A DNA stretch of 61,330 nt, from NCBI GenBank assembly GCA_964433685.1, contig CAYSTY010000001.1:1-61330 (forward strand), given 5' to 3'. Below the pieces are notes generated by a model that was not told where the DNA came from, searched no databases, and worked only from the letters and a program-made list of their open reading frames with translations. The translations under genes and the position numbers were made by a program. This DNA is from an uncultured Actinomycetota bacterium. GTDB taxonomy: Bacteria; Actinomycetota; Nitriliruptoria; Nitriliruptorales; Nitriliruptoraceae. Positions 8,453 to 17,251 of this stretch are shown piece after piece (the stretch's first letter is position 1; every line of letters starts with the position of its first letter).

Positions 8453-9730
8453 CTAGACGTCCTCTCGTTCGCTACCGACCTCGGGCGCGCCGTACCTGGC
8501 GACGAGGACGCTGCTCAGCGCGTGGGTGTCGATGACGGCGTTCGAGGCACCGCCGTCGGCGTCACCGTGGCCGTTGACGGCGACGCCCGCGGCGACACCG
8601 CTGAAGGCCAGGGACGCACCGGAGCGACCTCGCAGGCGGCGTGCCGCGCGCGCGTCCTCGAACACCAGGTAGGCGCCGAGGTCGGACACGTAGACGATGT
8701 CCGGGGCGATCCCGTCGAGCGACTCGCCGAGCGGACCGGCGGTCTGCAGCCGCTGCTGCTCACGCAGGGAGGTCGCGCGACGGACCAGACGCCAACGCAC
8801 GGCGAGGACCACCAGGACCAGCGCGAGCGCGTTCAGGACGAACAGGCCCCACGGCTGGTGGGTCACCGCCACGTCGAACGGTTCGAGCCCGGGCAGGGCA
8901 CCGGCGACGTGGTAGGTGCCCATCGCCGCGATCGGGAGGGTCGCCGGGATGGCCACGGTCGCGCTCATCCCCGGCTCGAGCGGCTCGAGCGTGACCGGGT
9001 CGAACTCCCGCTCGATCCCGCCGGGGTCGCGGCCCCACCCGGTCAGCATCGGAGCGGCCGGTGAGCTCGCCCCGCCGGCGTTGCGCACGGTGACCTCGAG
9101 GGTGCGTCGCGGTGCCGCCCCGAAGTAGGCCAGGAACGGACCGCTGCCGCGCAGCTCGACGGCCTCGACCTCGAGCCTCGGTCGGAGGGAGTCGAGCGTC
9201 GGGATGTCCCCGTTCGGGTGTCCCGCGACCGAGAACGGCACGTCGACCCGGGCCGCGGCGCTGGCCTCCGCCACGGTGGCGACCTTCACGACGCAGGGGC
9301 AGGCGACCGGGGGTTCACCCACGACCATGCGCACCCGGAAGCTGCCGTCCTCGCGCACCGGGGTGGCGATGGCCCGCGTCTGGTCGCAGGTCCTGGACCC
9401 GCCGACACCCAGTTCGCCGCAGGTCACCAGCTGCAGCAGCTCCCCGACCGGCCAGCCCGACCCCTCGACCCAGATCCGCTCCCCCGGCGCTGCCGACGGT
9501 GTCCCCGTCGCTGCGGTGAGGCCCTCGTCCCCGGCCGTCGCGGTCCCGCTCCCCGAGCCGCTCTCGTCCGCGTCGGTGCCCGCCGAGCCGTCCGTCGAAC
9601 CGTCCGCCGAGCCGTCCGTCGAGCCGTCCTCGGTGCCCGTCGTCCCCTCGTCCTGGACCTGCGCCCACGCAGCGGAGGTCGGCAGGGCGAGGACCAGCAG
9701 CGTGGTCAGCAGCAGGCGCCAGCGCGTCAC
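8453..9730 (-). CDS. Membrane-anchored surface protein with NCS-like and Ig-like domains
   Basis: GTG 9730 overlaps upstream TGA; signal peptide; AAPGERIWVEGSGW..TC..C..CPCVV; VTVRNAG Ig-like domain; one TM helix and a cytoplasmic tail. Confidence 0.7.
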   Translation of the reverse strand: MTRWRLLLTTLLVLALPTSAAWAQVQDEGTTGTEDGSTDGSADGSTDGSAGTDADESGSGSGTATAGDEGLTAATGTPSAAPGERIWVEGSGWPVGELLQLVTCGELGVGGSRTCDQTRAIATPVREDGSFRVRMVVGEPPVACPCVVKVATVAEASAAARVDVPFSVAGHPNGDIPTLDSLRPRLEVEAVELRGSGPFLAYFGAAPRRTLEVTVRNAGGASSPAAPMLTGWGRDPGGIEREFDPVTLEPLEPGMSATVAIPATLPIAAMGTYHVAGALPGLEPFDVAVTHQPWGLFVLNALALVLVVLAVRWRLVRRATSLREQQRLQTAGPLGESLDGIAPDIVYVSDLGAYLVFEDARAARRLRGRSGASLAFSGVAAGVAVNGHGDADGGASNAVIDTHALSSVLVARYGAPEVGSEREDV

Positions 9731-10752
9731 CCGACCACCTCGTGCAGCCGCGGCCGCGCCGCCAGGGCGCGCTCGGCCCGCACCCGTCGGTGACGGCGCC
9801 AACGCAGCGCCGCGTACACCGCTGCCACGAGGAACAGGACGCTCGACGCGAGCGGCACCCAGGCGACCGCCAGCGCGCGGCCGCGGGCCACCGAGCTCGT
9901 CCCGCTGCCGGCGTCGGCGACCACCTCGAGGGTGACCAGGTCCAGCGGCCAGTAGCCACCCACGTCGGTCGACAGGATGGTCTCGGCGCCAGGGACGAGG
10001 TCGAGCGCGGGCAGCGGGGTCGGCGTCGCGAGCTGTCGTCCGAACAGGCCGGTGGCGCGCAGCTCCACGTCGGGGTTCAGCTGCAGGTTGCCGGTGTTGG
10101 CGATGGTGAAGGCGACGTCGGTGCCCTCGGTCGGGGTGGCGCTGCGCGGCGCGGTGACGGCGACGTCGCTGACGCGCAGGCCCGGGATGGTGGGCCCTTC
10201 GACCCGGAGGTAGAGGCGCACGCCGACCGCACGACGGACGCCGAAGGAGCCACCCTCGCCGGCGACCCGCGAGATCTGAGGATCGAGCGCGACGATGCCA
10301 CCGGTGTGGTCGCCCGGGGAGGCGTTCTCGGGCACCGTGATCGTGAACGGCACGTCGACCGCGCTCTCGGGCGGGACGCTGATGCTGGTCACCTCGAGGT
10401 CGATCCAGCTGCCGACGTCCACCTGCTCGTCGACGACCTCCTTGAGCGCGAAGCTGCCGTCGCGGGGCGTGTTGTACGCGTCGGCCGCGTGGAGCTCGAA
10501 CTCGAGGGTCCGCTCGGTCTGGTTGAACACCCGGACCGAGTCCTCGAGCACCTGCTCGGGTCGCGCATCGAGGTAGAACGCCGTCCGCCGGGAGGACCCG
10601 GGGTCGTCGGGCGGCGTGGGCAGGACGGCCCAGTCCCCGTTGTCGGCCGCCGACGCCACGACCGGTGCGCCGACGAGCGTCAGCAGCGCGCCCAGCACGG
10701 CGGCGAGCACGATCGACCGTGCGCGGACGGTGGTTCGGATCCGGCTCTCCAT
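9727..10752 (-). CDS. WxL-interacting protein (DUF916/DUF3324-like)
   Basis: Signal peptide; LEDSVRVFN..AADAYNT..GSW..VPFTITVPENASPGDHTGGIV..VGVRLYLRV..NTGNL; C-terminal TM and basic tail; next to a WxL-like gene. Confidence 0.85.
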   Translation of the reverse strand: MESRIRTTVRARSIVLAAVLGALLTLVGAPVVASAADNGDWAVLPTPPDDPGSSRRTAFYLDARPEQVLEDSVRVFNQTERTLEFELHAADAYNTPRDGSFALKEVVDEQVDVGSWIDLEVTSISVPPESAVDVPFTITVPENASPGDHTGGIVALDPQISRVAGEGGSFGVRRAVGVRLYLRVEGPTIPGLRVSDVAVTAPRSATPTEGTDVAFTIANTGNLQLNPDVELRATGLFGRQLATPTPLPALDLVPGAETILSTDVGGYWPLDLVTLEVVADAGSGTSSVARGRALAVAWVPLASSVLFLVAAVYAALRWRRHRRVRAERALAARPRLHEVVG

Positions 10753-10788
10753 CGTTCAGGCCTCCCTGCCGAGGTCCGTCGGGTGGAA

Positions 10789-10828
10789 CCGGGCCGGGAG
10801 CGGACGGCAGGGTCCGCTCCCGACCCGG
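10789..10828 (-). terminator. Intra-operon stem-loop between the WxL-like and DUF916 genes
   Basis: ccgggccGGGAGCGGAC-ggcagg-GTCCGCTCCCgacccgg inverted repeat. Confidence 0.55.
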
Positions 10829-10852
10829 GATCGGGTCTGGAGCTGCGTCGGA

Positions 10853-12553
10853 TCAGCTGAGCGTGAGCGTCAGCACACCGGCGTAGTCACCAGCGTTCTG
10901 GAACGCCGGGACGGTCAGCTCCAGCGCGGCACCAGCGTTGAACGTGCCGCCGGTACCGCCCGCAGCGTTGGGGGCCGAGCAGAGCGTCGACGCGGTGGTC
11001 GAGCTCAGGGTCCCCTCGCTGCCGGGGACCGGGGTCGACTTGCTCGACTGGCTCGCCTTCACGCAGGTCGGGTCCCACCACATGTTCTCGGCCGGGATGT
11101 CGTCACCGACGCCGTTGCCGTCCTCGAGGTCGGACATCGTGGCCACGAGGCTCCAGCCGGTGGTGCCGGCACGGGTGTCCACGATCCGGACGCGGTCGAG
11201 GACACCGTCGGTGGTCTGCTCCTCGGCGCTGGTGCCGACCATGCCCATGGTGATGGTCTCCGAACCCGCGTCGCGGGCCATCGCCAGCACACCTTCCGGC
11301 AGGATGTCGACCTCGACGTCGTAGTCGAGGCAGGTGTCGTCCGTGCAGCCGTCCGCGATCACGCTGAAGCTGCTGGACCCGTAGACGGACGGCAGCGGCA
11401 GGTCGAGGTCCCAGCGACCGCCACCGATGGCACCGATGTGGCTGGTGGCCGGGTCGGTGGGGGTGAAGGTGGTCGAGAAGGCACCGGTCGCGTCCGCGGT
11501 GGTCTCCGCCGGCGCATCGGAGGTGATGGTGACCGGCGGGCAGTTCGGCGGGCAGGCCTTGCTCGGGTCCACCTTGAACCCGCCGACCTTGACCACCGAA
11601 CCGGGGTCGAAGTTCGTCCCGGTGACGGTGACCGCCGTGCCGGCCGGCGCCTCGGTGGTCGCGACCGCGACGCTGCCGTTGTTGGCCAGGATCGTGATCG
11701 GCTGGAGCTTGCTGGCGGTCCCGTCGCTGACCCGCAACGCCCGCGAGCCGGTGGTCGGGTTCGGGGAGCCGAGCGTCAGCGCACCGCTGCCGGCGCCGCT
11801 GCCATCGAGCGCGATCCGCAGGTCGTACTGACAACCGTCCCCCGAGGTGGAGCACAGGTTGACGGTCGCGGTCCCGTCCGGCGCGTAGCCGGAGACCGAC
11901 AGGTTGATGGTGTTGCCCCGGCGGGCGTGGGTGGTCACCGACTGCCCGTCGACCGAGTCCACCGTGACGACCGGGTCCGCCGCGACCGTCGTCGTGGCGA
12001 CGATGTCGGTGGTCTCCGCAGCGGCGATCGGGTCCGCACCGTCGTTGCAGAAGGTCTGGGGGCTGGAGCCGCCGGTGTACCGGAACTCGACCTGGTGCAC
12101 GCGTACGGACGCGGTCCCCGACCCTGCGAACGGGACGGTGCCGGTGATGGTCGCGCCGGGCATGATCGTGCCGCCTCGCAGCGCGCCGTACGCGGGGCCC
12201 TGCACGGCGACGGGGGCGCCACCGTCCACGCTGAGGTGGGCGATCGGGATCATCTCACCCGCCGGGATGGTCACGAAGGGCGGCACCCGCTCGATCGAGG
12301 CCCCGGCGTCGAAGCTGTAGGTCACGTTCAGGTCCCCGCCGCTGCCCGGGGTCACCGCCAGGGCGTGGTCGGTGGTCCACCGCTCGGCGTCGAACGTGCC
12401 CGCCTTGCAGTTCATGGTGTACTCGTCGTCGAACGGTGCGGCCTCGGCAGCCGCCCCGCCGCTGACCACCACCAGCGACGCGGTCAGCGCCGTCGCCAGC
12501 AGGCCGGCGCGTACCCGCGACCACCCCGCTGTCCTCCCAGTTGCGATCCTCAT
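10853..12553 (-). CDS. Secreted multidomain protein with a C-terminal WxL-like domain
   Basis: Signal peptide; N-terminal Cys-bracketed domain shared with 409-1845; two NCS/IPT-like modules; C-terminal VDTRAGTTGWSL...LELTVP...GDYAGVLTLTLS. Confidence 0.75.
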   Translation of the reverse strand: MRIATGRTAGWSRVRAGLLATALTASLVVVSGGAAAEAAPFDDEYTMNCKAGTFDAERWTTDHALAVTPGSGGDLNVTYSFDAGASIERVPPFVTIPAGEMIPIAHLSVDGGAPVAVQGPAYGALRGGTIMPGATITGTVPFAGSGTASVRVHQVEFRYTGGSSPQTFCNDGADPIAAAETTDIVATTTVAADPVVTVDSVDGQSVTTHARRGNTINLSVSGYAPDGTATVNLCSTSGDGCQYDLRIALDGSGAGSGALTLGSPNPTTGSRALRVSDGTASKLQPITILANNGSVAVATTEAPAGTAVTVTGTNFDPGSVVKVGGFKVDPSKACPPNCPPVTITSDAPAETTADATGAFSTTFTPTDPATSHIGAIGGGRWDLDLPLPSVYGSSSFSVIADGCTDDTCLDYDVEVDILPEGVLAMARDAGSETITMGMVGTSAEEQTTDGVLDRVRIVDTRAGTTGWSLVATMSDLEDGNGVGDDIPAENMWWDPTCVKASQSSKSTPVPGSEGTLSSTTASTLCSAPNAAGGTGGTFNAGAALELTVPAFQNAGDYAGVLTLTLS

Positions 12554-12644
12554 CGGGCTCCCTCTCCGGTCGCTGGCGGCCCCACCCGTGGCTCCCTGGG
12601 TGGGCCGTCCCGCTGAGCTGTGGTCCCCCTCGGGGCCCGCTATT

Positions 12645-12681
12645 GTTCCGCTTAGCGGAATAGCGTTTCGCTCGGTGCGAC
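12645..12681. promoter_or_regulatory. Operator copy 2, probable IclR site
   Basis: GTTCCgcttagcGGAATagcGTTTC (palindromic TTCCGCTtAGCGGAA) between the divergent surface operon and citE-like gene; TTGACA on minus at 12705-12710. Confidence 0.75.
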
Positions 12682-12834
12682 ATCAACGCACCCCGTCCGG
12701 CCGGTGTCAAGCACCAGTTCACGTCGGCGGCGCATACGACCCCGACGGGTGGGGACGGTGGCCGCTCGGACACCCCCCGCGAGCCGCCCGCGCACGCCCG
12801 ACCATCGACCGCGAGAGCCCCCGAGGAGCACCTG

Positions 12835-13848
12835 GTGACCCCGACCGATCCGGCGCGCGCACCGCGCCCTCGCCGCTCCTGTCTCACCGTGCCCGGCTCG
12901 AGCGAACGGATGCTCGCCAAGGCCGCGACGCTGCCGTGCGACCAGGTCGTGCTCGACCTCGAGGACGCGGTGGCGCCCACCGCCAAGGAGGCGGCACGCG
13001 CCCAGGTCGTGGCCGCGCTGGCCGCGCTGGCCGCGGACCGGGGACCCCGCACCCGGAGCGTGCGGATCAACCCCCCGGCGAGCCCGTGGTTGCTGCGCGA
13101 CCTGACCGCGCTCGTGGCCGGTGCCGGCCGCCACCTCGACACCGTCGTCGTCCCGAAGGCCGCGGCCCCCGCCGACGTCCACCTCGTCGACGGCGTGCTC
13201 ACCCAGCTCGAGCGCGAGCACGATCTCACGGCCGGGTCGATCGGCCTCGAGCTGCAGGTCGAGGACGCCGCCGGGGTGCTCGACCTGCGCGAGCTACTGG
13301 CCGCCAGCCCCCGCGTGGAGGCGGTGGTCCTCGGGCCCGGCGACCTGGCGGCGGCCCTCCGCCTGCCGACCTTCCCGGTGGGTGGACAACCCGACGGGCT
13401 CGGTACCGACATCTGGTACGGCGTGCGCACGGCGATGGTCCTCGCGGCGCGCGCCCGAGGGATCCAGGCCATCGACGGGCCGTACGCGTCCGTCCACGAC
13501 CTCGACGGCTTCGCCCGGGCCGCGGTGCGTGGTCGGGCCATGGGGTTCGACGGCACGTGGGTGCTCCACCCCGGGCAGATCGAGGTCGCCAACCGCTCCT
13601 ACGGCGTCGACCTCGACGCGTTCGAACGCGCGAGCGACCTCATCGATGCCTACGCCTCCGCCACGGACGGCGACGCGCGTGGCGCGGTCCTGTTCGGCGC
13701 GGAGATGATCGACGAGGCCACCCGGAAGCTGGCCGCCACGACGGTCGTGCAGGGCCTGGCCCAGGGCCTGCAGGTCCGACCGACCCCCGCCGAGGTGGAT
13801 GCTGCGGATCGGGCGGCGTGGCGCGCCGCCAACCTCGAACCGCGCTGA
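12835..13848 (+). CDS. CitE/malyl-CoA lyase-family CoA ester lyase
   Basis: RRSCLTVPGS, DLEDAV, VRIN, VPK, GPGDL, DGPY, GFDGTWVLHPGQI. Confidence 0.9.
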   Translation: MTPTDPARAPRPRRSCLTVPGSSERMLAKAATLPCDQVVLDLEDAVAPTAKEAARAQVVAALAALAADRGPRTRSVRINPPASPWLLRDLTALVAGAGRHLDTVVVPKAAAPADVHLVDGVLTQLEREHDLTAGSIGLELQVEDAAGVLDLRELLAASPRVEAVVLGPGDLAAALRLPTFPVGGQPDGLGTDIWYGVRTAMVLAARARGIQAIDGPYASVHDLDGFARAAVRGRAMGFDGTWVLHPGQIEVANRSYGVDLDAFERASDLIDAYASATDGDARGAVLFGAEMIDEATRKLAATTVVQGLAQGLQVRPTPAEVDAADRAAWRAANLEPR

Positions 13849-13857
13849 GCTCGCGCG

Positions 13858-14637
13858 TCAGGCCTCCGCGAACAGGTCGCGCTTGCGGAAGCTCGCCGTG
13901 GCGAAGCGGACCGCGGCCTTGCGGCGGGTGAGCCAGCGCAGCTCGCTCCTGCCGGCGACGATCCCGTCGGCGAGCCAGGCGGTCACCGGCTCGATGTGGT
14001 CCCCGAGGATGTTGAAGATGCGCTTCGCCTCCTCGAGCCGTTCCGGGTGGTCCTCGTAGTCGCCCATCAGCAGGTCGGTCACCACGATCCCGGGCGAGAG
14101 CACGCCGACGCGGACCGGGCTGTCGCCGAGGTCCTTGCGCAGCGCCGCGGTGAGGTAGTGCACGCCCCGCTTGGACGCGCCGTACACGCTCATCCCGTCA
14201 CCGGTCTGACCGTTGGAGCCGAAGCCCTCCATGTTGTAGACGATGCCCGCCCCCTGTCGTTGCATGCCCCGGAGCGCCACCCGGCTGCCGTGCAGGCTGC
14301 CGGTGAGGTTGGTCGTGACCACCGACTCGATGGCGTCGGTCGGGACCTGCCAGATCGGTACGCGCGGCGCGGACACCCCCGCGTTGTTGATCCACACGTC
14401 GACGCGGCCGAGCGACTCGGCTGCGAGGTCCCACAGCGCCTGCAGGTCGTCCGGGGACCGCACGTCGCAGGCGCGACCGACGACCGGGGTCCTCGCCCCC
14501 GCCGCCAGCTCCGTGACCGCGGCGGCGACCGCGTCCGGGGAGCGGCCGGCGATGGCGACCGACGCGCCCCGGGCCAGGAGCTGTTCGGCGAGGCCGCGGC
14601 CGATGCCGCGGGTCGAACCGGTGATCACCACGTTCAC
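13858..14637 (-). CDS. SDR oxidoreductase, NOL/NYC1 chlorophyll b reductase-like
   Basis: GTG 14637; TGSTRGIG, WINNAG, YNMEGFGS, YGASK, LSPGIVVTDLL, RIFNIL, RWLT. The SDR call is firm; the NOL-like subfamily is from recalled plant sequences. Confidence 0.85.
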   Translation of the reverse strand: MNVVITGSTRGIGRGLAEQLLARGASVAIAGRSPDAVAAAVTELAAGARTPVVGRACDVRSPDDLQALWDLAAESLGRVDVWINNAGVSAPRVPIWQVPTDAIESVVTTNLTGSLHGSRVALRGMQRQGAGIVYNMEGFGSNGQTGDGMSVYGASKRGVHYLTAALRKDLGDSPVRVGVLSPGIVVTDLLMGDYEDHPERLEEAKRIFNILGDHIEPVTAWLADGIVAGRSELRWLTRRKAAVRFATASFRKRDLFAEA

Positions 14638-14669
14638 GTGTTCGGCTCCGAGGTCGAGGGGGCGTCGGG

Positions 14670-15431
14670 TCAGACCGCGGCCGGGACGTCCTGGGCGACC
14701 AGGCTGTCGCGCAGCTGCTCGCTGGTGTCGTCGCCGACGATCCGAGCGACCTGGTGCCAGACCGGGTCGACGTCGGGATCGAACAGGATGCGCCGGTGGG
14801 CGCGGTCCCGGGCCGCGAGGTCCACGCTCGTGTCGACCTCGAGCCCCGCGTCGCACAGGCCCATCCAGTGGTCGAGGTAGGCGTCGGCGGTGTCGGTGAT
14901 GGCGGCGAACGCCTCCGGCGTGGCCCGGGAGGCCAGCATCCACGGGGACATGACCGCCCACTGCCGGCGGGTCAGGTGCGCTTCGCTGAGGCCCTCGATG
15001 TGACGCGCTGCCTCGTAGGCGTCGGTCAGCGGGGTGTAGGCCGCGTCGACGTAGCCCATGTCGGTCGCCAGGTCGAGGCGTTGGATCAGGTCGAGGTGGA
15101 ACGCGTGGCCCACCGGCGTGTCCGGCCCCGGGGGGCCCATCGGCGCCTTGACCGAATCGATCGTGAAGTGCGGGACCGGGCTGTCCGGCGCGGTGAACGC
15201 GAAGACCATGTGGGAGTCGAGGTTCATCTGCTCGACGACGAGCCCGATGTAGACCAGCTTGTGGACGGGGCCGCCGTGCCACATCCGCAGCTCACCCACG
15301 CGCTGCCCGTCGAGGGCCGGGCTGGTCAGCGCGAGGAAGGTGCCGTCGTCCTCCCGACCGATCTCGGTCGGTGAGTAGCGGTCGACGATGCGGTCGAGCG
15401 CGCGGAACGCGAGGTCACGGGCGAGGGACAC
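14670..15431 (-). CDS. Red chlorophyll catabolite reductase / ferredoxin-dependent bilin reductase-like protein 1
   Basis: GTG 15431 with GGAGG RBS; VPHFTIDS, LDLIQRLDL, MSP, YLDHW, LAARDRAHRR; paralogous to 16149-16964 and 47990-48787. Confidence 0.7.
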   Translation of the reverse strand: MSLARDLAFRALDRIVDRYSPTEIGREDDGTFLALTSPALDGQRVGELRMWHGGPVHKLVYIGLVVEQMNLDSHMVFAFTAPDSPVPHFTIDSVKAPMGPPGPDTPVGHAFHLDLIQRLDLATDMGYVDAAYTPLTDAYEAARHIEGLSEAHLTRRQWAVMSPWMLASRATPEAFAAITDTADAYLDHWMGLCDAGLEVDTSVDLAARDRAHRRILFDPDVDPVWHQVARIVGDDTSEQLRDSLVAQDVPAAV

Positions 15432-16152
15432 GGGGAGCCTCCAGAGGGTTCGGACGGTGGGTAGGGACGGGGACAGGACGGGGATCGGCGGGGGAGCCGA
15501 CGACGTCGGCGCGGCGCACGAGGAGAGCGATCGCCAGCAGCAACGCGCCCTGCGCGGCCGCGTTGGTGGTCTCCTCGACCCACTGCAGGGCGATGGTCTG
15601 CTCGAGCCGGGCGAGACCGGCGAGCAGGAAGGCGACGGCGACGGTGAACCACACCAGGGGCACGGCGGCGCCGACGTCGCGCTCACGAGCCGCCCGGGTC
15701 AGCGCGACGGCGACCCACACGGTGGCGGCGGTCATGACCACCAACAGCAGCACCGTGGCGACGTCAGGACCGCCGGCGACCGTGAGCGCGAGCGCGAGGA
15801 CGGTGACCACCGCCGCCCCGAACACGGCGCGCCGGGTCGAGGCCCGCGGCGAGAGCGCTCCGGCCAGCGCGAGCAACCCCGGCGCGAGGAGGGGGAACAG
15901 CAGGTCGTCGAGCCAGGTGACGTCGCGGCCGGTGGCGGCGATCGTGATCTTCCAGGCGACCTTCGCCGCACCACCGGCGGTGACCAGCACGGCGCCGACG
16001 AGGGCGGCACGTCGCGCGGTCGCGCCCGAGGTCAGGCGACGTGCGGCCCAGAGGTACGCCACGGCCGCGAGGACGACCGGGACGGCGTCGAAGACCGCGA
16101 GCGGCAGGGTGTGGACCACCCCGTCCGCCACCACCGTCCCGTCCGGTGTCAC
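15415..16152 (-). CDS. Hypothetical multi-pass membrane protein
   Basis: About 7 hydrophobic segments; translationally coupled between two RCCR-like genes. Confidence 0.7.
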   Translation of the reverse strand: MTPDGTVVADGVVHTLPLAVFDAVPVVLAAVAYLWAARRLTSGATARRAALVGAVLVTAGGAAKVAWKITIAATGRDVTWLDDLLFPLLAPGLLALAGALSPRASTRRAVFGAAVVTVLALALTVAGGPDVATVLLLVVMTAATVWVAVALTRAARERDVGAAVPLVWFTVAVAFLLAGLARLEQTIALQWVEETTNAAAQGALLLAIALLVRRADVVGSPADPRPVPVPTHRPNPLEAPRVPRP

Positions 16153-16964
16153 GCGTCGAGCCCGGGGCGGGGCAGCTGGCGGTCACGACCCCAGAGGGTG
16201 GCGACGAGACGGTCGGTCAGCTCCTCGCCGAAGAACCGGACGGCGAGCTGGTTGGCCGGATCGAGCTCGGCGGTGTTGCGGCGCACGGCGAGGTCGCGCT
16301 CGGCGAGCGCCGCACGGCGTTCGAGCGGGACCGGTTCCGCCACGTCGAGCCAGCCGAGCCAGCGGTCCATCTCGCGGTGCGCGACCTCGCGGATGGTGGC
16401 CAGGTCGTCCTCGGTGCCGTCGCACGAGTAGCAGAACGAGGTCTCCGACATCACCTGGCGCACGTAGAGGGAGCGGCTGACGAAGGGCTTGAAGCGGGGG
16501 TCGCTGCGCAGCTCGAGCCACGGCTCGTTGACCGGCTCGTAGTAGCGCTCCAACGACGCGAGGTCGACCGACAGGTCCGAACGAGGCACGAACTCGACCA
16601 GGAACCACACGCTCGGCAGCGTCCCGAACGCGTAGCCAAGGTGGGGCACGTCGACCTGGGGGCCGAGCCAGTTGGTCACGTGGATGTTGCTGAAGGAGCG
16701 CTCCGGTTCACCCGTCCAGGCGTGGACGAACCAGTCCATCTCCGGCCCGCTGTAGGCGCGCAGCTTCCCGCGCGCCCCCTCCCCCGGCTCGGCGCCGTAG
16801 GCCTCGAGGTCGTCGGTGGAGGGATCGCGCACGAGCTCGAAGCGTGCATCGACCTTGGCGCGCAGCTCCTCGGACAGCTCCCAGAGCTGGTCGTAGACCC
16901 ACCGCTGGTCGACGTCCGGTGCCGCGTCGTACATGTCGACGACGCGCTCGACGGTCTCGCCCAC
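16149..16964 (-). CDS. Red chlorophyll catabolite reductase-like protein 2
   Basis: GTG 16964; PRSDLSVDLASLERYY, FVSRSLYVRQVMSET, ERDLAVRR..ELD..RFFGEELTDRLV parallel the recalled Arabidopsis ACD2 motifs (PHRKDL..YLKEYY, YVSPSLFVRSAFSPT, RDKSFRR..RMFGEE). Confidence 0.8.
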   Translation of the reverse strand: MGETVERVVDMYDAAPDVDQRWVYDQLWELSEELRAKVDARFELVRDPSTDDLEAYGAEPGEGARGKLRAYSGPEMDWFVHAWTGEPERSFSNIHVTNWLGPQVDVPHLGYAFGTLPSVWFLVEFVPRSDLSVDLASLERYYEPVNEPWLELRSDPRFKPFVSRSLYVRQVMSETSFCYSCDGTEDDLATIREVAHREMDRWLGWLDVAEPVPLERRAALAERDLAVRRNTAELDPANQLAVRFFGEELTDRLVATLWGRDRQLPRPGLDA

Positions 16965-17005
16965 GTCCCGCTCCCTGGTCGCACCCACCCGGATGTTCCT
17001 GCATC

Positions 17006-17030
17006 GTTCCATGCAGCGGAACGCTGTTCC
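17006..17030. promoter_or_regulatory. Operator copy 3
   Basis: GTTCCatgcagcGGAACgctGTTCC upstream of RCCR-like 2. Confidence 0.75.
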
Positions 17031-17131
17031 TGTCACCGTAGCCGGACCGCGCGGGGAGCGTCAACGGTCCCGCGCTCCGCAGGCACGCGCCACCGCACCC
17101 TCGTCGCCGGGCGCACCTCCTGGTAACTTGA

Positions 17132-17156
17132 GGAACGGTATTCCGCAGACGGGAAC
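17132..17156. promoter_or_regulatory. Operator copy 4
   Basis: GGAACggtATTCCgcagacgGGAAC upstream of the Rieske oxygenase, followed by a TAGGCT -10-like hexamer. Confidence 0.75.
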
Positions 17157-17251
17157 GTTCGCTGCGCGGCGCAGAAGTATGTAGGCTGCGTGCGGGGAGA
17201 TCCTAGGTAGGTAGGGACCGAGGAGCCGCGAGGCTCAGGAGAGGGTCGCAG

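Noticed and set aside
1842-12553. Enediyne antibiotic cluster suggested by the neocarzinostatin domains
   Set aside because: No enediyne PKS or thioesterase cassette; the domains are surface-anchored and in an import operon.
12554-12834. Possible riboswitch or ncRNA in the 280-bp divergent gap
   Set aside because: No recognisable aptamer consensus; the gap is explained by promoters and the operator.
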